Shown here in pieces: positions 13,144-27,000 of a stretch of 64,000 nucleotides of DNA. The stretch is taken from NCBI GenBank assembly GCA_002633005.1, contig NMRA01000430.1, positions 165,997 through 229,996 on the forward strand, in the 5' to 3' direction. The notes beneath the pieces are model-generated. The model had not been told where the DNA came from, did no database searches, and saw nothing but the letters and a program-made list of their open reading frames with translations. Both the position numbers and the translations under genes were made by a program. The stretch's first letter is position 1. The number at the start of each line of letters is the position of its first letter. This stretch comes from Phoronis australis (taxonomy: Eukaryota; Animalia; Phoronida).

Positions 13144-14281
13144 GAATGTTGACCAAGACCTTTTTGTACCTCTGACGTCACAGACATGCTGGCACCCCCA
13201 GTTCAGATCATGAAAATTGGCAAACTGAGTTAACCACAACGCCTCTTAATGGACGTCAAGTAGCATCAGGCGAGTCACAGATAGATTTGTAACAAAACAA
13301 TGCTCTGTATTGTGACTTTCGTCAATCCTCAAAAGCTCAGAATTAACAAGAATGTATTTGTTACATAGTGAATTCTGAGATTGTGACATTACAAATAATT
13401 TTGCTCACGATCAGCTGAGTGTCTGAGGTCCTGCATCTTCTACCACGAGGGACACATTACAAGTATGCTTCTCGTTTGATTTACAACTGTCTGTGACTGA
13501 AATGTGGCCAAGCATTCAGATAATCAAAAATTAGCACATGACAACCACAACAGTATGGTTTTGTTCGAAATCGACTCATATTTGCCACAGATTTGCCTAC
13601 ATATCCATGAGAGCTGGCATACAAATGGTGTCATCATCCTGAGTCGAATCAGTACCAGTTGTGTAAACAAACTGGGCACTAGTATCCTAATTAACCTACC
13701 CTTGCAGAGCCTGCAATATTGATTATTATCTATTTCAATACAAAATATCGACACCAGTCACAGAAACTTTTTAATGAATTATGAATCCCCAAATAATATT
13801 TTCTCAAAACCCGGCTACAGCACTTTTTAGCAGGTTATTCTTGCTTGATTTTCGTATTTGACAAAAACTATTTTGATTAATTGGTGCAAAAGTTTAGCAA
13901 TTGACGTAGGAAATTGTATTCTCTGGCTCACTGGCGTAGCCATAACTATTAACAAAAGTTGCTCGAAAACTTTCTGTAAAAAACACCCAGCGCCGCGCCA
14001 CAGCCGGCAACATTTCACAACTCCAACTGGTAACTAATAATCATTAATATGACATTTTATTTACAATTATTATCTATATGACGTTGATATCATATATCAT
14101 TCTATTTTTCGGACATTATGTTTCTACAAAAAACAATGACTCAACATGCTAAAATACAGATCGGTTCCCCTGCCAGGCTCCATTGCCAATAGGCTTTCCA
14201 TCAACTGGTGGCTCGTTGACCTCCACTAGGGGCCAGAATCCGTGTGACGACAGAGGTACAAAAGGGTCTTGGTCAACATTC
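13144..14281. mobile_element. ~1.14-kb segment bounded by ~50-bp imperfect inverted repeats (putative non-autonomous DNA transposon)
   Basis: GAATGTTGACCAAGACCTTTTTGTACCTCTGACGTCACA at 13144 matches the reverse complement of 14232-14281 (GAATGTTGACCAAGACCCTTTTGTACCTCTGTCGTCACA). No clear TSD. Confidence 0.55.
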
Positions 14282-17200
14282 ACCATTCTGCAATCTTTTC
14301 CAGATGTAAAGTATTTCTCAAAATTTGCCCTTGTCCGACGATCACCCTTACATCACACTGGTAACTTTTTCAGTAGAGCCCAGTGAAGCGGTATTTCATT
14401 TATTGTTTGATACTTTGTTAAGTGCTTTAGATATGTTTATGTTACGCGAGTTTAGTCACCCAATTCTATAACATAGTCTTATTATGTACTGTATCTCAGC
14501 TTTATTGTAATTTATTACACTTATACATTCAAACGTATATACTTTAGAAGGTGCTTTAAACTATTGTTTTTGCTTTTTGCAATCTCCTCGCCAAATATTT
14601 TATTGGATTAAGATTTTTAAGTACACTCATTGTTATTGCACTGTTTATCTATTTTGTGCCAAGGGTAAAAACAAATAAATACTACTACTAGTTCTGCTGC
14701 TGCTGCTGCTGCTGTTGTGTTTATTTACTCACTATAAATGAAGTATTACATAGTGTGTTACTAAACTATTTCCCATGTTCGATGTTTTTGACTATTGAAT
14801 ATTTCTGAGAAAGGAGAGGTGTCATTAGATGCTAATTACATAAAGAATGTAGTTGTTATGTAATCCAATTGGTTTTAATTACGTTGTAAGCCAAAGATGT
14901 TATAACTGGTAAATGCTTTAACTCCTCTAGGCCTACACACTGCAGCCAGCTAAGTGATTAAATTCGTAGTCTTCCTCCCAAACGGTGAAGAAGCTACCGA
15001 TGTAATAATTCCACTTGCCTAGCACTTGACAACGTCAGGCTTTGTGAAATCCGTGGTTACATTCTTTTCCCATTTTGATGGTTATACTTGCAATTTTGAA
15101 GTTAAAAACATGCAAGGCTTAATTTAAAAAGCCAAAACTAACCTGGACATTCATCTTCCCAACCAACCAGCTTACAACGTCTGAGCCTGTGAACCAAGGA
15201 AGTGCTATGATGAGGTGGAAAGAATCTACAAAATTCAGACAATAAAAACCAGGTTCGTATGTAATGAGCAATTACATTATAGGCCTAATATATGCAGTCT
15301 CCCAATCCAGTACAAAAGGTCCCCGTGAGAGGCTAGAACTGTTCACCATGTGGCAAATATTCAAAGATAACCCTAGAAACAAGATTCGAGCCCGGGTGAG
15401 AGGGGCAGAAACCTATTTTTGGTACCGGGGGTGCCGCTGGGCCTTGAAAATGCCAACAATAATACCTTTCCATTCTTAAAATTTGGCAATCTATATTGAT
15501 AACAAAACTTCAATTGTGTGACTCATCTGTATGCCAACATGCAGAAATTATGGCTCATTTTTATACATGAACCTCATACATCCAAAATGTTACCCATCTT
15601 TATACTACCTGTAAATTTGTAAATTACCCACCCATATCTGTATCTCGCGTCTGACAAAATGTACATTGCAAAAAAATGGATATCATTATTATACCAAAAT
15701 CACGAGAAAATGAGGTGATTTCCACAGCGGCACTATCCAGTGCCTATTTTACTCTGTGCGCAAAGAAGTAAGACAAGGATCGGGGGTAGTCGAGCCAGTG
15801 GTCGATCAAGAATAAAATTTCAAGCAACTGCATAAATATGTTACAAAATGTCAGAAAACAGCAATGTTTCAATTCATTATTCTAAACGATCACCTTACGA
15901 AACTTCGTGGTGAAAAAACATTTATTTTCATGCAAGATGTCCAGATTATCCTATTCATATCACTTGTAATATCGCACTGCGGCACTGTTCGGTCCCGCTG
16001 TTATCGCGCAATGTCTCAGTCGGCTGACAATCGTGACTTGGAAATGCCGTCAAGTAATATAACGGCCTCTTTCAATATGCATCTCGTTTTTTATGGCCAA
16101 AGATAGTGGCGGTATTCAGCACGCACGTAGGGCCTACGTGTGAGTCACCTGTCAATCACATGTTGGTGTCAAGGTAACATGCACTCCAAAGTGTGGGAAC
16201 TTGCGCACGTGCACCACTACAAATCAGTCACACATAGCGACAGTCCGACGAAGTAACAAAAACGGGCGTGACTATGTACTTTTAAGCTGTTGTTACGAAA
16301 GACCCAGTTCTTTACGATATTCCTCCGTTGCCAATGTTCCCCAAAACTGCGATGTCAAGTCTATTCCCATATTTCCCGGCTCGATGCTCCCTAAGCCCAT
16401 CCCTGTAACTAGCTGCGTGAATCTCCTACCCACTATCGTCAAGCAGTCTACGTCGTAGATATTTCAGACTCGAATGGTAAGAATTTTTGTTCAGGCTGAA
16501 AATGGCCAATGTATAAACAAAATTATTCTGGATGGCTAAAAAGGGGATGTGGAAACGATAATTCACACAGTCACGCTTACGTGGGGGCTGACGCAAGAAA
16601 TAGTAAAGAACAGCCAGCGACATTAGTTAAATCTGCTAACCAGTTTGACTGAGATGCAATAAGCGAAAAACAAAATTTGACTAGCCGTTTTTTATTACTT
16701 CAAGATCATACACAAACATACATTATTGCCAATGTTTGAATTCAGAAATCGACAGGCAGCAACGAAATCGGTAACCCAGTAAGGCACTTGTACTGTCCCT
16801 TCGGTCGCCCCACATCCTCTATAACCCGGCAGTTATATTCATCAAAATATTGAGAATTTGACGTCTTTCCGTGAGTTGTGAGATTTATTCAAAATACGAG
16901 AGCTTCTCACCTTAATAGAATTTGGAGGGTTGGCAAAACCATTGTCACATTTCTCTGGCCTGATTTTTTCAAATATATGTTTTATCTAGTGCACTGCAGA
17001 CGGAAACTCAGTGCGGCAGACAAAGTCGCTGAAAGCGGAGGTCTTGACGCCGGCGGCGTTCTTAAACTTTGCAAACAAGGGAAGAAAATAAAGTGACAAA
17101 AAGTTTCAAGTATTTTGAAGTGAGTTCATGACCCAAGACAATAACTCTTTACCTGTATTGTGATTCAGATTGCTAAACCACCGTCTCTGAGTCCCGGCGT

Positions 17201-17289
17201 CGTTGCACTCATTGTGATCATCGATCTTTTTCTAGAAGTCGGGGAATCGCGCGTTTCCTTAGCACTAGGAGCTAAATCTTCATTCTTTA

Positions 17290-17454
17290 AAAGTCGGGGT
17301 GGGCGCTTAACCGAGAGGTGGGTGCTTAACTGGAACTCTTAAAAAATCGGGGGAGGGCGGTTAACCGAGCAGTGGGCGGTTAAATCGGAAATCCACTTAA
17401 AGTCAGGGATGGGCGGTTAACTGAACATGGGCGTTAACCCGTACGATTACGGTA
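17290..17454. mobile_element. Probable DNA-transposon end with subterminal GGGCGGTTAA repeats, ending TACGGTA
   Basis: About six GGGCG(G/C)TTAA-type units followed by GATTACGGTA; a similar ...GAATACGGTA terminus lies at 12241-12250. Confidence 0.4.
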
Positions 17455-20400
17455 TATCAGATGTTACAAAAATATCCTCTACTATAACAATGTGTATATC
17501 TACAAGTCAGAAACCAATAGTTACCAAAATTGGCCTGCATGATCATTGACATCACCTTGATTATTAAAAACCATATCAAAATTATAACTTAAAAAATTAC
17601 CATGGCAACCAAGTAGAACAAACATGTTAAAAACGCACTTTTGGCAAATGATTTAATCAATTTACGTTTAGCTTATATGCATTCACAAAAATATGTTCTT
17701 TATGAGCAACAACTCTTTTTCCATGATTTTATCTAGTGGCAGCGCTTAGTTCCATAAGATTATAGTATCTGAATACTTTACAAGAACACATTTACTGTGG
17801 ATGACAAGGATAAGTTCACCGAAGCAGAGTTGAAAGATAGAATCTAATTGAGTTGAAACCTTGTAACTTAGGAAGAAATAAAAAGATTACATAACACCAT
17901 TGCACATGAAGAGTCATTGCCCGTAAACGTGTGATCTGTAATCGTAGACTTATATGGACCAAATTTGTTTGGGGATTGTATGAAAATTATTATATTAACA
18001 CGTCTATAAAACATTTGACAAGCTGGATTCATTTGGATGCCATGGTAATGGTTTTCAAGTTATAAGATTGACATAATCAACATTTGCCTTTGTATACAGA
18101 AAAGGACAGGCTATAACTTTGGGTTTCTAAATTTTGTAGTTAACCCCTTAAATTTCGGGAGATTTTTTGAACACCTGATCAGCGGCTGATAATAAAAAGT
18201 GGGAACCCTGTACTTAGCAATAGTTCCCGAAGCCAGACCCTACCTACCTGAGCCCGTCAGTGGTTTTTTAAAGCCCTCGCATCTTTCGCATCCCGTCAAA
18301 CCCCGCTATATTCATACATTATATACAAAGTGGGTAAGCCTCTCATTACTCAGGTGCTTTACTCACCAAATTTTGGGGCCCCCTAATTAAAGACGGGGCC
18401 CTGTACTTAAGTACAGCACTATAGTAAGTACCTCTGCGCAGGGACTCATCTAGGATTTGAAAATTGGGGGTCCAAATTCGTAAGACTGACGAGTGACGAG
18501 TCGTGCAAAGCGCAAATCTGAGGCGCGCAGCGCCAATGGGGGGGGAGTTGGGGGTTGGAAGTTGGGGGGAAGGTGGGGGAATTCCCCCACCCGGTGAGAA
18601 AAAAATGTTACATAGAAAAAGGTCATTTCTATGCATTTTATTTAGCACACTGTTTGGATGTCTTTTCCTTGTTCAAAGGACGGCACATAGGGAAACTAAA
18701 CAAAACTTAGGAGGTTTGTTCCATTCAGGATGTGTGTATTGTCACTAGGCTGCAAAAATCAAGATCTGTAAATCTTTTTAGTAAGATTATCTATGTAGAG
18801 TTGCATGATGGACAGCATGAGTACAGGACTCAATGTATCTTGAAGCTCTCAAAAGAGAAGAGTAAAATGCAGTTGAGAAACCACTTAAAATTGTGAAGTT
18901 GCATTGGAAAGGACATGAAGAAATATATTCTAGAGTACATGTCTACGTTTCGTTACATCGCACAGTAATGCAATTCACGAATCTACAAAAACAAGACCAT
19001 ATCCTCAACAAATTCACAAATCAATATCACCAGTGCTCAACACGGTCAAAAATCTCCGCTGGAAAATAGGAGTGACGGCGTATGTGCACTCGTGCATGTG
19101 TACCCGGACTTGGCTTCGTAAAGGATCGTGACCAAAAAAAAAAACGTCGAAATTCCGTCGTGTGTCTGAATGTGGCATTCGTATTTTCACGTTTCTTAAA
19201 CGTTTCTCCGAGCGCTTTACTCGTAAATTTCACATCGTTTGGCTACGAGCGTAGCCAGTCGTCGCCGGGGACATCGTAGTTGTTACGTCTTCTGCAGTGC
19301 AATGTAAGTGGACGGACGCTTTGTTGAATTGAAACTTACAAGGTTGAAAGTCAATCACTCTCTTTCATAGTACGCTACAAGAAATTTATTCTTAAAAAGA
19401 ACCATTCTTTTCTCGCAGTTTAAGTGTCAAATCCCCCGGCCTGGTTCGCAGCCGAAGTAACAGGTGCTGTGCACGTGACTGGCTGACCTACTTTTTCCAT
19501 ATTCGGCATGCAATGCCACACACACTGGCAAAGGATAAACTCGAATCGCCCAATAATCATGGAATTCCACAATAAGTTGAAGTATTTCGAGGCATTTATT
19601 TTCATGCTAAGTTATTCATTGAATACGTAACCAATATTACACACCACATTTTTTTCTCGTAAAGTTTGCACTGCATTCTCGCGCATCAATATAAGTCATT
19701 CGGCCGTGCGGATTTTTTTGGTATTTTTTCATTCATTCGTTTGAGTAGCAACGGAGCTATGCGAACAAATTAAGGAAGTTTGCGCTAAGGCACAAAAGTG
19801 GTCTAGAAAAGCGATTAAATACACGGTTACACCCCGGAAGAACAAAACCAGTGCCAACTACACCAATTGTTGTATTACTGCACAGGTTCACTAGTTATGC
19901 CTCACGGAGAGTACTTACACAATGTACAGCCAATCTGTACGGCTGAAAGCCTACACAACCAGCTTTCACCAAGGTCCAGATTTGACAGGCCAAGTTCCCG
20001 GGTTTGGAGATGTTTTTATGCTGGTGCCATCCGGGAAACTATCACATGGACGAATCACAGGACAGCACAGGACAAGGACAAGGACGAATGATGTTTACTA
20101 TTACAACAAATATATCAAATCATAGGCAATCGCAATTCTGAAGAAAATATTATGTGCATAGAAAGTGGGTCAAGGCTAAAAAACTTGGCTTTCCTCATTC
20201 AAAAACACAAGTAAATCAGTTTCCTGACAATTTTTTTCAACAAATTCCTGACCCCCGCCAAACTTGACACACGCCCTGACTGTATTTAAGTTCTAAGCGC
20301 AACAAAATGCACTGTGGCTACAACCTGACTAGAAAATTTTATGCCCTGTGGCTGTGTCTGTGTGTTTGTGAGGTAGGCTGTGCTTTGTGTGATGAGCATT

Positions 20401-21011
20401 GGAATGTACACCACTATAAACACAAGCACCTTTTGAGACTGAAGGAGAATATGCAAGAGCATCTATTTACTACAGTGACAGTACCTTGCCAGTTACTAAT
20501 ATCTTATTCGGCTATTGGAATCCATAAACTGGAGCACCTTTCGAATTCTGCCGGTGAGCAAAATAGAGCACCTCGTAATCGTAATTCCAAACACAAAAGA
20601 GCACAGAAATTTCCTTGAAAAAGTCAAGGCAGTCTGATCCGTTTTCTCCATTTTAATGGCATAAATATACACAATTAATATGTAAGCTATACTTCAGCAT
20701 CATCAAATTTATAGGAAACTCCGCTATTGTATAAGAAAGAGATAAAATTGCTTGATGTTGTAATGATTATTTGAAGTAACCTTGATATTATTCTTTCTCA
20801 CACGATTTGAGCCATCACATGAAAGGTACTGAAGAAGGTGCTCGACTCCTGTACGGTACACTTTTATACCTCTTGTGGTGGAATAGCTCTCATATAAACG
20901 AAACGTGCTGTTTATACTTTATAGTCTTTATAGCTGTGACATCGCAGAACACAGTAAAGGACTGCGCCGTAAAATCATCAGCACTACCGTCTTCGAAGAT
21001 CTTACAACACC

Positions 21012-24000
21012 ATGAATATACTATCCAAGCGGCGGGTAAGTAATGTTGATGTGTGATAATTATTAAGTAAGTTTAAGTAAACGATTAACGGATTATTTAA
21101 ATGTGCCGAGGAATGGGCCGCTATAATAGCGCGTCATTTGCAAAGCTTGATGTGTCTTATGTTGTACTTCAACTTGGAATCAGGCAAGTGGTCTTGAGAT
21201 TAAGCAAGCACTTGCGACATCTAGTGTGCAACTGTTAACTAAAATTTATTGTTTCTGTTTTAACAACAGTATGTTGCTCTTCCATCAAGTTTGTTTTTTT
21301 TTTCTTTTTTTTTGTTCGCACGATACAGGTCGCAATTTTTGTCCGATCATCACGAAATTTACACATAACACCTAGTTCCGGAAGTATATATGGAAACCTA
21401 TTGTTTTTGTCATAATTGGATCCAAGATGGCGGCTGTGGCGGCCATTTTGTTTTCATTTTAAGATTCAAAGGCTTCTGGAGGCTACAATTTTTTACGTAC
21501 AAAGCTGATAATCGGCACAATTAATGGACCGAATGTGCACTACTTGTATCGGAAATTATTCACTTCCGTTCAGAGATGGCAGAAATATTGGCACTCGCGC
21601 ATGCGCACCTTGATTTCGGGAAAAAAATATAGGGCCAATTCCTTCGAATTTTTTCAGATATTAGTTTTTTTATCATATGCTATTATATAAAGCCAAAAAA
21701 AGGAAGTTGTTTTCAAGATGGCGGATCTGGCGCATGTTGATCCATTTTCAGTCGTTCTGAGGTGCCATTTAAACGGGAGGAGGAAATGATGTGCATTTTT
21801 GCATGTGGATTCTCTAACGTATATACTATTTCAAATGAACTGTAACAATTTTTTTCTCAGACTTACCGTTTTCGAGTTATTTGACTTTGAATTACTTAAA
21901 CCGCAAAATTTTATTTTTTTTCGAAAATTTTACGGAATTGTGTGATACTATCAATTTAGATAGAGTTTTCAACGGGCTTTCAGAAGATGTTTTCCATTTT
22001 TTGCTAGGACATCTACTTTTCGAGTTATTTGAGATTTTCTGGTAACGCTTTTCCTTTATTCAGCGCTCTTGCTGCATTGATGTTGGTTTAGCTTCTATTG
22101 AACTAGACAGTAGCCCATTTCTTATTGATTTATGACATCTAAGTTCATCATATGAATATTATGAGGTTGTTCATCATTGCCACCACCATCATCATATTCT
22201 TCATCTTCGTCATCATCTCCGACGTCTTTTCTTCAGTTAATTTCGCCAAGTGTCGCTCAAGACTGTAGCCTATTTCTTAGTGATTTCTGACCTCTACGTT
22301 CGTCATATGAATGACATCATAACTTGCATTGTCCATCATCGCCACCATCATCGTCATAGCTGTCATCTTCATCATTATCTCTGTCGTCGTCTTTTCTGGT
22401 CATCTCTAACGTGGTTGTTTGGTTAATTTCGCCAAGTTTCGCTCCTCGGAGCGCTTTCATTATTTTTATTGCCCATTCTGTATGTAATTTTGGTCTTGGT
22501 AATTGTTTCAAAAGGTGGTTTGACTGGAATGGTTGGGTTTGTGACTGAGGGGCTGAAATGACTGGCAACCTGGGACCTTTGCAATGTTAAGGATTAAGAT
22601 CATTAGGAGCTAGGATACAATGAATGTACCCTACCGAGAGGGGTTTTGCATTGAACAGTTTGTCATCCCCCATTGTACCTGCCACCTCACCCCAGTGCTT
22701 GGAGCTCGCAATTGGCTTATAATTGGTGGAGGTGTTTTCATTTATATCTCACTTATGACATCGACAATCGCTGCCAGCATGGCCTAAGCAGGGATCTGTA
22801 ATTCTTTCTTATCTGATTAAGGAAGACGTTCAGATAACTGTTGTGAACTCTTACTCAGTGTTCAGTCGGGCCCCTTATAGGCTAGCTCCTTAGGGCCGGT
22901 GCTCACCTGCATTTTCGGCTTGAGGTTTCTGTATCTCCACTTCACTTCGTGTAACTACGTCTGCACTCTCCAGTGTTCTGCAATGTACTACCAAGAACAC
23001 ACGTGGGTTGCCCGCATATCCAAATTGAGGCCGTCACCTCTGAGCATAGTGAGCCGGAACTTCCGGTGCTCACTACATAATGCTTGTTGAGTAAAAGTGT
23101 TATTTTTGGTGTTGTATGGTGTTCTGCCAAGAGGGGTCTCCCCAGCGTTGTAGTAGCTTAGTCACGTGACGGTTTGTAATAAAACAGTTCTCATGTATAA
23201 TTCTTCAAGCAGTGTAGACTTGTTATTCATATCTCCCGATACACAACATTTGGCAAATAAAGTGGAAATACTCATTTCAGTTTTAAACATACAATTTAAT
23301 GAATATTAGTTTTTCATTGGTATGCTGTGTGATGTCATCAGGTCTAAATATTGATGACAATCAGACAAAACCTGTCAACAGAACTTCAGAGAATTGTGTT
23401 CATTAGTTTGAGAGATCACCACCAGAGGTCCTCGCTTGGGGCTTCGGGTTTTTCACGTATTTAGTTAAGTCGAAATATACTCATTTCTCGGTTATTTGCG
23501 GCCAATACATTACAGCCGGGACCATACTAAATTTCAAATTTCGTCAAAAACGATAACCCACAGAAATGTATAATCGCAAAGTAACAAATCTGATCACACA
23601 TGATTGCATGTCATAATATTAACAGTTTGACTTCAAATTATGGAATGACAATTAATTGGCAGGGTGGCCGAACCAAAGTTTGAAGATGTGTTTATGTGCG
23701 TGGTCGTAAACAATTCTACTATTTGCTTTTACTCAGGGAGCGTGATTTCAACAAGCAAACACATCATGATTACATAAGTTTAATGTAAGAATGGTCGATG
23801 GCAAATTGAGAACAGTCCTATGTGCTCATTACGGGGCTCATGATTTTCGATGACTTTATGATGCCAACTATTTCTTAAGATGCGACAGCATCCTCTGTTC
23901 TGTCTGTTTGACTATTAAGTCTGTTTGGCAATACCAACATGTTCATGTGGTGACTAATCAGTCTGTCGGATAGAACTGACACGTTTGACAAGTAACCTGT

Positions 24001-27000
24001 CTGTTTGGCGCTACTAACTTGTTCATTCGCCAAATAACCTGTCTGTTTGAAAACGAACTAGTTTATTTGGCAGTGTTGTCTATTTTGAACCTTTTCACTG
24101 TCCATACTGTGGTCAAAAAGGCTTCAGAGTAGAGTGTCTTTGATGCATGTTATTAAAATTGAAAATGTTTCCCAACACATTAAGCAAGTGACAGTAATGA
24201 CATGTTGTACATTTTCGGAAATCTTTTTCAGTCGCCATAGAAGACAGATGCTAAAAGTATCAGATGGTGGTTGAAATCAAGTTTAACATCATCTCAGTTA
24301 AAACAGTGTTGAAGTTTATAATTTTGAAAACAAAATTGTGTGGTGGGCGCATGCCCTTGCCCGTCCCCGCTTCCTGTGGCCAGGTCATTTCATAGTTATG
24401 GACAATGGTGGATTTAGAGGGGGGTCAAGGGGGCAATGGCCCAATTAAAATTATCCCAGAATACATTTGTCAGTTTGGAGGTGCAAATGTCTGATGGGCA
24501 AAATCCTGGCTTATACTTTGTCCTGTCCCCCCCTCCTAACTCAAAATCCTGGATGTCTGCTCCTTATGGATCCATGGGATTATACTCTGGAGTGTTGTCT
24601 TGCTTATGTTCAGAGAAAATGATGTCCAACCAGTAGGCCTACTGTGGTAATTAACAGATATCAAAACAACTTTCCCATCCAGTGCTCCGAAAAAAATAAC
24701 ACTCTGTAACCCTGAACAACCTTCAACAGCTTGAAGGAAAACTTGAAAACTTCTTTCGAAGTCTGCTAAATGCGCAAGCATGGTCTACGCTTTTAGCCAA
24801 TTACAAGGCTACCCTCCAAAAACCATGACAACCATTGTGTGACTTAAGAATTGTTAGTTTTTAGTTGATTCTTGCTTTATCTTTCAACATTGACGGCAAG
24901 GATGTATTAGTAGGTGACAGAACGAGGATTGACAGAAATCATCAAAACAGGGTTTGGTTTCCTTTTAAAAATCTATTTTGACACTTTAAAATGACGCGAC
25001 AATTTTGCGACCTGGGATTTATGAATGCAAGCTGGATTTGGAAAATGCAGCCAGGGATTTTTGCTAGGCCGCAATTTGCAACCTAGCAATTTCCATAGCG
25101 TCGCCAGCGCTAACCCCCCAATGATTTCAGTATGACCTATATTTGTTTTTCGCAGAAAGAGAAAAGTAGAAGACAGAGGATAAGACACCAGTGGGCTCAA
25201 CTGAGAAGCAAGGTAAGTCTAGTTCGATTCAAAGTGTAAAGCAAGCCGTGTATACTACTGAAAGAAGGAACAATTTTCGGTGAGGCTGGTGGGTTGCTCA
25301 TGAACTCCCATAAAATCGACATTTTGGGCATTATTATAAACAGCGGTCATTGTCCTTGTGAAAAAAGTTTCTCTATTAAATCATTAGTAGAATTTTAGCT
25401 GGGGGTTGAGCTTTCAATTTCACAAAAGTGCTCATTTTCAAGAATGCAGTTAATGTTTTGTTTAAAAAGTGTCATGGCCGCCTTTAATTCAGAAATGATG
25501 TCATGTATGGGCATGCTTGACAATGTACAACCACACCGAGCGAGAGTTGTGAACACATTCTGTCAGCAGTAACGTATTATATGTGTAGTCTAACCAGCTT
25601 GCAGCTTGAAAGATCTTGACGGTACACTTCTTGGTATACATCGGCACCTTATTGAACAATAGCAACGTCAACCTCTGGGAAAGGTTCAGTTTTATTTAAA
25701 GAGACCTAAGACACGAAGAGAGTTGTTTTTCTGTCACTGAAACAGAACTAAACTGGTTCGCTAGGTATTTAACGGTTTGTGGTTAAAAATTTTGAGTATC
25801 TGTTGATGTCAAATCATTCTTCTTTTAGTTTCGAATTTCATAAAAACAATCTGTCAACTGCTTGTCACTTACTAGTGACAAAGACGGTAGTGAGTTGTTA
25901 CTTCAAACCTGCTTTTATCATTAAGTCTGATGTCAGTGATGCATTTGCAGGTGACAGAAAGAAGATTGTTTGAAATCCCCATAAGAGGGTTTAGTATTCC
26001 TTTAAAAACCTCGCACACTTGTATAACGGAAATTGTAAATTGGGGGTGACGACCCTTATCTATTTGTTATTGCCCATTTTCTTACGAAAAGAGTGAATTT
26101 TCCAAGTATTTTCACTTTTTTTGAAAAATGGTATATATATATATAGGAAACAGATTGTTCACTTTTCCACTTTTTGATCATATATTTTTCACTGAGGAAA
26201 TATTACCTTTTTGTGAGTTGGATCTAACATTCAGCAGGGAGGAGAATCCATGATTTATGTCCAAGTTACAAAATAGAAACAGTATTGCCTAACTGAAGCC
26301 ACAAATTAAAAGACCTTCATCATGGCTGGTAAATAAAATATACAGTAAAAGAAATTTTGAATATCGTATGGTATGGGGATGACTTTTGACCAGCAGACAA
26401 AATTGTTTAATTGTTTCAGGTACGGAAATGGATGGAATTGACCTCAAGTTCTGGTCAACCCTCGTTGGTATGTTTGTACATGCACGGTAACAAACTAGTT
26501 TGGGAAGGTAAGGAATGGCTTGCCTTGGTCTCCTCAATACAAATATGTTTTTTTCACATGACCTGGAATGTGTTACGACACGACTGGTAAATAACACCGA
26601 GTATGTAATTGTTTTGATATTACATGGGCGAATCACTAAGAAGTACAAAGTAGAAATCCATACGCGGTACAGTTTATCATCTGCGAAACACTAGAACAAC
26701 CAAATGCGCTCCAACCAAACAATGCCGGAATTCCAAGAAAGTTACAAGGTTATGATTGACAAATCTGTACGTACTGCCAGTCAGAAGGACACGCACACAA
26801 CTTCTTAAAGGGCCTCATCTTCGAATTCCACATCCACGTTCATTCAAATGGAGACGAGCCACAACTCAAAAACGTGGCGAGTCTGTCTAGCTGTGCCATC
26901 TCAAGGGCAGTAAGCCTTGCTGACTGTTATTTATAAACATTTTTCAAGTTTTAATATTACAATTTCAAAGACTATTTATTAGATTCTAACTTGCCTATTT

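Noticed and set aside
14160-14410. Protein-like minus-strand frame (EIPLHWALL...GNRSVF)
   Set aside because: Contains a stop, overlaps an inverted-repeat arm, and matches no family I recognise.
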